From: Bdellovibrionales bacterium
Lineage (GTDB): Bacteria > Bdellovibrionota > Bdellovibrionia > Bdellovibrionales > JAUICD01
Assembly: GCA_965197425.1 (NCBI GenBank)
Contig: CBDANC010000013.1
Span: 32,001-96,000, forward strand
Direction of reading: 5' to 3'
Length of the DNA stretch: 64,000 nt
Made by a program: the position numbers and the translations under genes. Each line of letters starts with the position of its first letter. The first letter of the stretch is position 1. The notes below the pieces were generated by a model. That model saw only the letters and a list, made by a program, of their open reading frames with translations, made no database searches and was not told the DNA's origin. This document shows positions 50,828 through 59,332 of the stretch, piece after piece.

Positions 50828-51796
50828 TCAGTCAAAAAGATATTCACACAAATCAACCATTCTATTGGAAAAACCATACTCATTATCATACCAGGATAAA
50901 ACTTTAATAGTATTATCTATCACCATAATCGAAGATAGATCCACTATTGAACTCTCACTTCTAGCTAGAAAATCTCTACTTACTAGTTTCTTTGCTTCAA
51001 CACCCAGAATACCTTTTAATTTATTCTTAGATGCATTTTCAAACATTTGAGTTAATTCAGAAACACTAGTTTTTTTACTAGTACTTGCTACAAAATCTAC
51101 AACACTTACATTAGGTGTAGGAACTCTGATAGATATGCCATCAATTTTACCATCTAACTCTTTAATAATCTTTCCTACTGTCTTAGCAGCTCCTGTGGTA
51201 GTAGGAATCATAGATTGCCCGGCTGCTCTTGCCCTTCTAAAATCACTGTGTGGACTATCTAATAACCTCTGATCATTAGTATAAGAGTGCACGGTTGTCA
51301 TAAAACCAGACTGAATATCAAAGTTTTCGTGAATTAATCCCACCAAAGGTGCAAGACAATTAGTGGTACAAGAACTATTACTTATTATTGTGTGACGATT
51401 ATTTAACTCTAAATGATTTACACCCATTACAACCAGAATATCAGCTCCATCTGACGGTGCTGATACAATTACCCTTTTTGAACCAGACAAAAACTTTTCT
51501 AAGTCTGCCCTCTTCTTAAAAACACCAGTACACTCAAACACTACATCCACATCCCAACTTAACTTTTCTGGATCACTTTCACGAAAAAATGGTATGGATT
51601 TATTTCCAACAACCAGAGCATTTTTTGAATGGGAAACATCAGGCTTTACACCATAAGTAGAGTCATATTGATATAAATACGCTAATATATCCAGATTCGC
51701 TCTGTCATTTATACCAACAACCTCAATATTCCTATCTAGGCATACCTTTAAAATACACCTTCCTATTCTACCAAAACCATTAATTGCAACTTTCAT
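50828..51796 (-). CDS. gap: type I glyceraldehyde-3-phosphate dehydrogenase
   Basis: MKVAINGFGRIGR, SCTTNCLAP, WYDNEYGFS. Confidence 0.95.
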   Translation of the reverse strand: MKVAINGFGRIGRCILKVCLDRNIEVVGINDRANLDILAYLYQYDSTYGVKPDVSHSKNALVVGNKSIPFFRESDPEKLSWDVDVVFECTGVFKKRADLEKFLSGSKRVIVSAPSDGADILVVMGVNHLELNNRHTIISNSSCTTNCLAPLVGLIHENFDIQSGFMTTVHSYTNDQRLLDSPHSDFRRARAAGQSMIPTTTGAAKTVGKIIKELDGKIDGISIRVPTPNVSVVDFVASTSKKTSVSELTQMFENASKNKLKGILGVEAKKLVSRDFLARSESSIVDLSSIMVIDNTIKVLSWYDNEYGFSNRMVDLCEYLFD

Positions 51797-52157
51797 ATAT
51801 CCTTCTTTACTAAAAACTCTACGCTCTATCAATCTATAAACGCCCTACGGGCGTAGGCATTTGTGCTTACAGTACCGTTCTTAGCAAATAAGTTTGTATA
51901 ATACTACTTTTCAAACACCCTACGGGTGTACGTGTTTAACTGGTAGAATACAAAATAAGGAGACCATTGACCGATCCCAGAATAACGGATCCCAGGTTGC
52001 CAGTTTACCTGTCTGCCTGATTGCCAGACTAGCCTCACCTGTGTATGCAAAAACAATACAGACTGTAAATATATTGGTTAGCAGTGTACAATGGGTTGTG
52101 TATTTAATTGATACAACAGGTCGGGTAACTCATTAATATAGCTTAACCTAGACTTTT

Positions 52158-52173
52158 TGGTATGAAATTAGCA
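52158..52173 (+). promoter_or_regulatory. candidate sigma-54 -24/-12 promoter
   Basis: TGGTATGAAATTAGCA has GG-N10-GC spacing, upstream of the small ORF at 52236. Confidence 0.45.
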
Positions 52174-52235
52174 CTTGAAAGGGTGTAAGTTTAATATATA
52201 ATTTGGCTTATAAGCCTTAATTTTAAGGGGGAAAA

Positions 52236-52412
52236 ATGAAATTTATTGCATTTGTATTTTCAATATTAATGTTTACTTCAATAAGCAATGCTGGTTCAGG
52301 AGCAGACTGTGAACAGGTTACTGCAGATGTTTCTATAAGTGATAGCACTAACCCCACTGTTTTAGATAGTTCTGGGGACAAAAAAACAAAGTCTGACGGT
52401 ACTGATAACTAA
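52236..52412 (+). CDS. 58-aa secreted small protein (below the ORF-track cutoff)
   Basis: AAGGGGG RBS; MKFIAFVFSILMFTSISNA signal peptide; followed by a terminator. Confidence 0.7.
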   Translation: MKFIAFVFSILMFTSISNAGSGADCEQVTADVSISDSTNPTVLDSSGDKKTKSDGTDN

Positions 52413-52435
52413 AAATTAAAAACTCTAAAACAAAT

Positions 52436-52465
52436 AAAAAAGGACATCTGATGATGTCCTTTTTT
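52436..52465. terminator. bidirectional rho-independent terminator
   Basis: aaaaaaggacatc-tgat-gatgtcctttttt. Confidence 0.8.
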
Positions 52466-52590
52466 GCGTGCCTTCAAATTTGTTAGCATTGTAGGCGTAG
52501 TACAAGCAAGCAGGTAGACAGTCATCAGGCAACCAATCCAGGTCCGGTATCTAGCAGCTGCATTTTCGTTTTGTTTGACTCTCGGTAAAA

Positions 52591-53015
52591 CTATGTATTT
52601 TTCCATAATTTATATAAAAAAGCTCCTAACATATCTGCTTCCACCATTAAGAGTTGGTGGTCTATGAGATCTAGTATAGCTTGTGTTTCTCTGAGCGAAC
52701 CAAGGCTTATTGCATAGAACCTTTTTCTCTCTTTGGCAGTTGGTTGGTTCAATTGGCTCACGGGATAAACCTTTATATTTTCCAATTGAAATAAACTCCC
52801 TGCGGTCGTTTTTGCACTTCCTTCTCCCAACATTGATTGAGCTTGCCAATAAAGTGACTTGTTGCTTTTTGGCAAGCGAATTACGTTCCGACAATGTTTA
52901 GCACAATGCTTAAGGTAGCTCTTTGGAATTGATTCTTGAGTGGTTCTTTTAAGCAGAGTTGTTTTGAGTTTTGATAAAACTCTTTAGCTATTTGGTATGT
53001 TTTTAATTTTTTTGG
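52591..53015 (-). pseudogene. second four-helix-bundle gene, disrupted by two family 2 modules and lacking a start codon
   Basis: KKLKTYQIAKEFYQNSKQLCLKEPLKNQFQRATLSIVLNI|65 bp|GEGSAK|66 bp|PTAKERKRFYAISLGSLRETQAIL aligns by eye with 37751-38044. Confidence 0.88.
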
Positions 53016-53121
53016 AAAAATTAAAGATATTACAGGTGCCTGATGGTTGAGCCCAGATACTGATATCAGATCTCTGAGTGCCAGATCCCAGATTTAATCA
53101 GGCAATCAAGACAAATAATAT

Positions 53122-53337
53122 TTACTTTACAGTAGAGGGTGGTGCAGCAGTTGGGCTGAAGAGATTTATTTCATCTAGGCCATGTTCTCCCTGTGCTTCT
53201 TCCAAGCTTCTTACTTCTTCTGAAGTTTCATTTTCTGGAAATATTTTCTGCTCTGTTATGGAAGAATTAACACTTTTAGTTGTAGTAGTAATGGTAGTGG
53301 TAGTTGCAAATAAGACAGCGAATAAAATACTTTTCAT
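53122..53337 (-). CDS. small, low-complexity secreted protein downstream of the YD-repeat gene
   Basis: GGAG RBS; MKSILFAVLFA hydrophobic N-terminus, Thr-rich and acidic remainder. Confidence 0.6.
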   Translation of the reverse strand: MKSILFAVLFATTTTITTTTKSVNSSITEQKIFPENETSEEVRSLEEAQGEHGLDEINLFSPTAAPPSTVK

Positions 53338-53346
53338 ACACACTCC

Positions 53347-53466
53347 AAGGTCTTCACTGAAACTGAAAGTTGCCTTGGTGTAATGATTGTACGAAGTACA
53401 AATGAAGCCAAGGTACTTTCAGCTTCAGAGTTGCCCAGCTCCGGACACTGATACCGATCCAGTTAC
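53347..53466 (+). repeat. family 2 branched unit
   Basis: aaggtcttcactgaaactgaaagttgccttgg...gtacgaagtac...gttgcccagctccgg. Confidence 0.88.
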
Positions 53467-53506
53467 TGCTAGAACAAGTTACACTTAATGTCAACCTTTA
53501 GTGGAG

Positions 53507-55153
53507 TTATATACCTAGGTCAACTCCGGAAGGTGATACAATTTCCAAAAGCCCATTAAAAGTTGATGCTATTTGAGTGGCCACCACAGGTCCTTCTTTT
53601 GAGTTTACATCTTTTAACTCACCATTAGATCTATATTGGACCATAAGACTACCCACTCCCGGTCTTTCTAATTTCTTTGGCTTTCCGAATCTATTATCAT
53701 AAGTAATATTCACAGCCCTATGAGCCTGATCAATTAGAGATACCACCCTACCTCTCTTATCATACTTTAGCTTCACAGCCCTACCATCTGTTGATACAGC
53801 ACTGACCAAGTTTCCGGTAGGTCCGTAACTAAATTTAGTTCTAAGTTTCCCAGCCTTTAACTCTGTGACTTTATTAAAGGTCTTGTGATATTTAAAAGAC
53901 ATGGTTTGTTTGCCAACCTTTCTGGCCTTAACTTGTCCGTTGGGGTAATAGGATACTAGCGTGGTTACACCATTTTTAATTGTCTTAATAGGTTTTTCAA
54001 AACTTGCTGAGTAATAAACATCTAAAGAATGATCATTGATAGCACTTTTTGCACGAGCTAAAAACTTTCCACCAGTTTTTTTAGATTTATACCAAAACTC
54101 ATATTTAGCATTAGTTTGAGTTATTTTTCCACATTTTTTAACCACATTTATCCAATAGTGATCTTTTGGATTTTTAGGTGACATTTGATATCTAAAATCT
54201 TCTACACACTTATCTCTACCTGTAAAATTTAAAACCCAATCTCTATCAGTATCATACTTAATAGCTTTAAAAGTTTTATCTGGATAAGTAACTTTCGTTA
54301 GGTTGTGCAGTTGATCATATTGATAGGTATATGTGTTACCCCAAGCAGTTCTTACTTTCACCAAATCATTTTGTCTTTTATAGCTATAGGAAACCTTCAT
54401 ACCCCCTGGTCCTGATATACTTCTAATTTTTCCGGAAGGATGATGCATAAAGCTAAGTTGTCTTTTATTGTTATCGGTTATCTTAACCAGATTTCCTTTT
54501 TTGTTATACTGTAAGTGTAAGTAATTTTTATCAGCATCATAAAAATGCGTGATCACTCCATCAAAATTAAACCTTTGTTTTTCTTTATTTACCAAAGTTC
54601 TTTCAAAATACTTACCAGTCTTAATTAAAGTTTCATTTCTGTTTTGTACTGATCTATAAACGGTGTTAGTTTTCATATCTGATTTAACCCCGTATCTTTC
54701 AGCATACCGCTCTAAAACTTTTGGATCATTTTTCATTGATTGTTCTAGTCTTTTTAAATTTCTAGCATTAAAGGATTTATTACGCTGCTTTATTTTATTT
54801 AGTACTTGTCCTATAGCGCCCTTGGTATTTGAAGCTGAGTAATTTTCAGATCTAAAAATAACAGTTTTACCATCTCCACATTCTTTTAATTTTATTGAGC
54901 CATCTGGTTGAGTAGTGAACTGGGTTTCAAAATCAGAACACCATCCAAACCCAAACATTCCATTAAACAACGACCGGCTGTTATAAGTTCTTTTGATTTC
55001 AAAGTTATAACCAGTGCCTGGAATTTCTAGGTCCTTCCAGGTATCTGAGTAGTTAGCAAGCCTAACATCCACAACTGAAAGGGCTTTTTCTATCGGGAAT
55101 AACAACAATAAAACAAAAAGCCAACTATGGCATCTAAAAAGAATATTCTGCAT
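53507..55153 (-). CDS. secreted YD/RHS-repeat protein with an N-terminal DUF6531-like domain (Bd0109-like)
   Basis: RTYNSRS..GMFGFGW; repeated Y-x-YD motifs; no RHS core terminus or toxin; start placed at ATG 55153. Confidence 0.82.
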   Translation of the reverse strand: MQNILFRCHSWLFVLLLLFPIEKALSVVDVRLANYSDTWKDLEIPGTGYNFEIKRTYNSRSLFNGMFGFGWCSDFETQFTTQPDGSIKLKECGDGKTVIFRSENYSASNTKGAIGQVLNKIKQRNKSFNARNLKRLEQSMKNDPKVLERYAERYGVKSDMKTNTVYRSVQNRNETLIKTGKYFERTLVNKEKQRFNFDGVITHFYDADKNYLHLQYNKKGNLVKITDNNKRQLSFMHHPSGKIRSISGPGGMKVSYSYKRQNDLVKVRTAWGNTYTYQYDQLHNLTKVTYPDKTFKAIKYDTDRDWVLNFTGRDKCVEDFRYQMSPKNPKDHYWINVVKKCGKITQTNAKYEFWYKSKKTGGKFLARAKSAINDHSLDVYYSASFEKPIKTIKNGVTTLVSYYPNGQVKARKVGKQTMSFKYHKTFNKVTELKAGKLRTKFSYGPTGNLVSAVSTDGRAVKLKYDKRGRVVSLIDQAHRAVNITYDNRFGKPKKLERPGVGSLMVQYRSNGELKDVNSKEGPVVATQIASTFNGLLEIVSPSGVDLGI

Positions 55154-55167
55154 AAACAATCCTAAAA

Positions 55168-55201
55168 CCGGTAACACCGGTGGTATTTCTGGTAACACCA
55201 G
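55168..55201. repeat. two family 1 hairpins (21-bp spacing)
   Basis: ccggt-aac-accgg and ctggt-aac-accag. Confidence 0.8.
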
Positions 55202-55214
55202 TGGTATTTAAAGT

Positions 55215-56090
55215 TTATGCTTCAATTGTAATGATTTTTTTAATGACTAGTCCACCAACAATTTGTAAGCCTAGCATAAATACCAGCATCACTATCCCAA
55301 GAACTGTGGTGAATAAGGGTTTAACATAACCTGGGTCTAGCATTGCAGTAACAATCAATATCACAAACGGCACTGCTGTAATAATAATTCCCTGCATCAA
55401 ACCCTGTGCGGTTAGTGTTTCTATTTTCTTTTGTACCTTCTGTCTTTCTCTAATTGTCTCGACTATAGTAGAGAAAGTTTCTGACATATCACCGCCTGTT
55501 TCTTTCAGTATATTAACGGCTGTGACAAACATATTAACATCGGGAATGTGTATTCTTTTGTACAAATTATTTAATCCTTCTTCAAGGCTTAACCCCAGTC
55601 TTAGTTCTGATAAAACTAGACCAAATTCTTGTGCGATTGGGTTTTCCATATTATCGACTACTCGTTCCATGGCTTGTGCAACTGTCAGTCCACTTCTAAC
55701 TCCGTTTGCAAGTAGGGTGAGACCGTCGACCATTTGATCTGCGAACATACCACATCTTTTTTTAAATAAGATATCCACCACTACTTTTGGTATTTGCCAT
55801 CCTACAAATGTCACTATTAAGCCTAAAAACATTCCGGTTTTTAGATTAGGTAGTAGGCTAAATGCTACTAGAAATCCTGGTCCAACACTTACTGCTAGCA
55901 TGAGTAGTGTGACTTTTTTAGGGTCTGTTTCTACAAACATAACTTTAAATTTTTCTAAGATATATTCTCTTTTACCAAGAGTTTTGCCGTGCAGCCAATT
56001 AACAACTTTTTCAGAATAGAAATATGCCACCATAAAGCCTACAGCACCTATTAGTGGAAATACGATTAGTGGTTCTTTAAAAATTATCAT
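55215..56090 (-). CDS. tadB: Tad pilus assembly protein TadB (T2SSF family)
   Basis: LANGVRSG, PIAQEF, ETGGDMSE, TIRER, LTAQG. Confidence 0.88.
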   Translation of the reverse strand: MIIFKEPLIVFPLIGAVGFMVAYFYSEKVVNWLHGKTLGKREYILEKFKVMFVETDPKKVTLLMLAVSVGPGFLVAFSLLPNLKTGMFLGLIVTFVGWQIPKVVVDILFKKRCGMFADQMVDGLTLLANGVRSGLTVAQAMERVVDNMENPIAQEFGLVLSELRLGLSLEEGLNNLYKRIHIPDVNMFVTAVNILKETGGDMSETFSTIVETIRERQKVQKKIETLTAQGLMQGIIITAVPFVILIVTAMLDPGYVKPLFTTVLGIVMLVFMLGLQIVGGLVIKKIITIEA

Positions 56091-58288
56091 TAGCTTGCCT
56101 TCTTAACAATGGGTTTTGCTGCGCTTGTAGTTTTTGGTTTTTGAATTGTTGGTTTTGCTCTACCTCCTGTTCCTGTGAACAACGTTCTTGGAATTTTCAC
56201 ACCTTTCTTTTCGAAATCTTCTATAAATGTGGGTATTCTTCCGAGCGCTTGGAACTGTCCGATAATTTTTCTGTTTTTATCAAAACCTTCCTCTTTAAAT
56301 TTAAAAATTTCGGTTAGTGTGACATTATCCCCAGACATACCGCAAACTTCTGTAATACTTTTTACCTTTCTACTTCCGTCTGACATTCTGGAAATTTGCA
56401 CAATTAGGTTAACTGCATTTGCAATTTGTTTTCTTATAGCTTTTGCTGGAAGTTCCATACCTGCCATAAGGCAAAGAGTTTCAACCCTACTTACCGCCTC
56501 TACTGGATTATTGGCATGTACAGTTGTCATTGAACCATCGTGACCTGTATTCATTGCTTGTAGCATATCTAGTGCTTCGCCACCTCTACACTCACCTACT
56601 ATAATTCTATCTGGTCTCATTCTTAAACTGTTCATGATAAGGTCTCTAATAGTCACACTACCAGATCCTTCTAAGTTAGCGGGTCTGGTCTCTAGCCTTA
56701 CTACATGAGTTTGTTTTAGTTGTAGTTCTGCTGCATCTTCTACGGTAATAATTCTTTCTCTTGCAGGGATAAAGCTAGATAGAGTGTTTAGGAGTGTTGT
56801 TTTACCAGAACCTGTACCACCAGATATAAGCAGGTTAAGTCCGTTCTCCACGCAGATTTTCAAAAAATCTATCATAGGTTGAGTTATGGAGCCCCACTCT
56901 ATGTAATTTTTAATTACCACTGGTTTTTTTGAAAATTTTCTTATGGTAAGAGATGGTCCATCTATCGAAATAGGTTCAATCACTGCATTAACACGACTAC
57001 CGTCTTTTAGTCTTGCGTCTACGTAGGGAGAAGTTTCGTCAATTCTTCTTCCTAATGGGGTTACAATCCTCTCTATTACTTTTCTTAAGTGAAAGTTAGA
57101 GGTAAAGGTAGTGTCACTTAAGGAGAGTTTTCCACTTTTTTCTACAAACAGCTGATTATGACCATTTACCATAACCTCGGTTACGGTGTTGTCTTCAAGT
57201 AGATCTTCCAAAGGCCCTAGTCCTAGTGACTCATCCAAAATTTCTTTTATAAGGCGGCTTCTTTCATCTCTTGCACCACCTTTTAGTTCTTTATCAACTA
57301 AGGTTGATACCATTTGTTGTACTTTTCTTCTTAGAGCTTTTTCTTTTTCAGGATCTCCTTTGGTATCTGTTTCACTTTTTCTTAAGTCCATAGCTTGTAT
57401 AAGTTCTTGGTGAAGCCTTAGTTTTAGTAAGTTTCTAGGATTATTTTCTGAGCCACTAGTTGTAGTTTCTTTTTTTGTGTCATCAGATGTTGCTCTGCTT
57501 TTGATGTTAGATACACCTTTATTGAGTGACTTTAGTTTTGTTAGAAAGTTTCCGCTTGTAACTTTTCTTACTAAATTGTGATAGGATGTACTAACTTTGG
57601 CTTGTGAGTTTAATGCTACAAATGGCATTCCTCTTTGAAGAGCTGTGGCACATAGTTTGTCATCTTGTTCAATTGCTCCCAAAATATTTTTTTTCAGAGA
57701 ATTTTGGATTTGTTGAGGAGATAGAGAGTTTGCACTAACTCTATTAGCTACTACACCTATTAAATCCCCTGGTATAGTAGCAGCAGCAAAGTCACCTAGC
57801 AGTCTTGAGGTTTGATTAACTGCAAGGCTATCAGATCCTGTTACAGTTAATATTAGGCTTGCGTGCTTTAAAAATTCTTGTTGAAGTTCAGAAAGAGTGG
57901 AACCCACATCCACAACTATATACTTAAACATAGTACTCAAAGAGCCAATGGGTCTAGCTATTAAATTAGGATCAACGCTTAGGGTTTCATCTTTTGATTT
58001 AACAGCTCCAACATAAAAAATTCCTGAAGCATGTTTTGTTATAAGTGAAGGTATTGTTTGAGCGTTAATTTTGCCGTTAAATTTGGCCAATTCACTTAGA
58101 GTTCTTTTGGCCATAGTGCCTAATATAAAGTTTTGATCACCGCATGACAGTGCATCAGCATCTATTAACAGGGTATGTTGTTTTAGTTCTTTTACTATAG
58201 TTGCAGCAAAATTTGCAGCAAACACACTTTTACCAACACCACCTTTACCACCAACTACAACTATCAAATGACACTTCTGATCTATCAT
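56090..58288 (-). CDS. tadA: fused TadZ/CpaE (MinD-like) and TadA/CpaF pilus ATPase
   Basis: N-terminal GGKGGVGKS; C-terminal GGTGSGKTT, LRMRPDRIIVGECRG, MNTGHDGSMTTVHAN. Confidence 0.9.
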   Translation of the reverse strand: MIDQKCHLIVVVGGKGGVGKSVFAANFAATIVKELKQHTLLIDADALSCGDQNFILGTMAKRTLSELAKFNGKINAQTIPSLITKHASGIFYVGAVKSKDETLSVDPNLIARPIGSLSTMFKYIVVDVGSTLSELQQEFLKHASLILTVTGSDSLAVNQTSRLLGDFAAATIPGDLIGVVANRVSANSLSPQQIQNSLKKNILGAIEQDDKLCATALQRGMPFVALNSQAKVSTSYHNLVRKVTSGNFLTKLKSLNKGVSNIKSRATSDDTKKETTTSGSENNPRNLLKLRLHQELIQAMDLRKSETDTKGDPEKEKALRRKVQQMVSTLVDKELKGGARDERSRLIKEILDESLGLGPLEDLLEDNTVTEVMVNGHNQLFVEKSGKLSLSDTTFTSNFHLRKVIERIVTPLGRRIDETSPYVDARLKDGSRVNAVIEPISIDGPSLTIRKFSKKPVVIKNYIEWGSITQPMIDFLKICVENGLNLLISGGTGSGKTTLLNTLSSFIPARERIITVEDAAELQLKQTHVVRLETRPANLEGSGSVTIRDLIMNSLRMRPDRIIVGECRGGEALDMLQAMNTGHDGSMTTVHANNPVEAVSRVETLCLMAGMELPAKAIRKQIANAVNLIVQISRMSDGSRKVKSITEVCGMSGDNVTLTEIFKFKEEGFDKNRKIIGQFQALGRIPTFIEDFEKKGVKIPRTLFTGTGGRAKPTIQKPKTTSAAKPIVKKAS

Positions 58289-58350
58289 TAACTAAATACC
58301 CCCGTACTTAGGAGTATCGGAGTATTTGTTGTTTATATGTATATTCAAAA

Positions 58351-58406
58351 GCCTGTTTGCCAGACTGCCCGATTGCCAGACTGCCGGGTTGCCTGATTGC
58401 CCGATC
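58351..58406. repeat. octamer tract (family 3) without an adjacent four-helix gene
   Basis: tttgccag actgcccg attgccag actgccgg gttgcctg attgcccg. Confidence 0.85.
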
Positions 58407-58412
58407 AACTAC

Positions 58413-58625
58413 CTCTTGTTGTATTTATACCTACACCAGGAAACAGTCGTTCGGCCTGAAGATGTCTTGGTTGCATTTGGACTTCGTCTTATAAAGGTGA
58501 GTTTAATGAGGCCAATAAATCTGGCTTCGCCAGTTGGTTCAATTGGCTTACGGGATAAACATCTATGTTTTCCAATTGAAATAACCTCTCTACGGTCGGT
58601 TTTTGCCCGAGTGACTGTTTCCTGG
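58413..58625 (+). repeat. family 2 composite (inverted W module, unit with X module) bracketed by a 19-bp inverted repeat
   Basis: ccaggaaacagtcgttcgg (58436) vs ccgagtgactgtttcctgg (58607); aaaggtgagtttaatgaggcc...ttcaattgg...ccaattgaa. Confidence 0.8.
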
Positions 58626-58702
58626 TCCAACTAAAGCTAAGGAATTTTCACATTTCACCAATTCATCTTTTAGCCTCACTAATGGACCTTTAGGACTTGA
58701 GT

Positions 58703-59332
58703 CTAGCCATGATAAGTTAAATTTTGAAGTAAGTTTATAAATTCATCGCTCCACTTATCAAAAATATCTTTTATTGTAACTTTATTATTATGATTGGTTA
58801 GTTTATCAAATTTTTCATTTATTATTCCGCATGATTTTATTTTAGATATGATGTTTAGATTATTTGAGATATTTATGGAAAGTCCATGCATTGACACCCC
58901 TTTTTTGAATTGTAATCCTAGAAAGCCAATTTTTCCTTCGGTGGTATAGAATCCTTTTTTTTCTTGGTCAAATTCTGTTTGGCATCCAAAGTGTCCCATA
59001 GTTTGTGTTGTGCAGTTTATTATTATATCTATAAATTGCTTGATCTTAATTTTTAATTTTTTTATTGGTACTATTGGGTATATAACAATTTGCCCTGGGT
59101 TATGTATAGTGGTTTGTCCTCCTCTTTTTATTTTAAAGACTGGGATATTTTTTAGATCACTATCTAAGATATCGTCGTGATTTCCTCTTATACCTATTGT
59201 GATTACTGGATTATATTCAACTCCCATTATGTGGTAGTGAGAGTTTTGTTCTGTGAGTTTTCTTAGGTAGTTTTGTTTTTCTAAGCTTTTTTCGTAACAG
59301 ATTTTTTCAAACCAGTGTGTCTTATATTTCAT
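58703..59332 (-). CDS. lipB: lipoyl(octanoyl) transferase
   Basis: RGGQTTIHNPGQIVIYP, KIGFLG, HGLSIN, SCG. Confidence 0.88.
   Translation of the reverse strand: MKYKTHWFEKICYEKSLEKQNYLRKLTEQNSHYHIMGVEYNPVITIGIRGNHDDILDSDLKNIPVFKIKRGGQTTIHNPGQIVIYPIVPIKKLKIKIKQFIDIIINCTTQTMGHFGCQTEFDQEKKGFYTTEGKIGFLGLQFKKGVSMHGLSINISNNLNIISKIKSCGIINEKFDKLTNHNNKVTIKDIFDKWSDEFINLLQNLTYHG

Noticed and set aside
53961..53973. Family 1 hairpin in the YD-repeat gene (gtggttacaccat)
   Set aside because: Single copy with only a 4-bp stem that encodes a plausible native sequence (NGVTT), so it may be chance.
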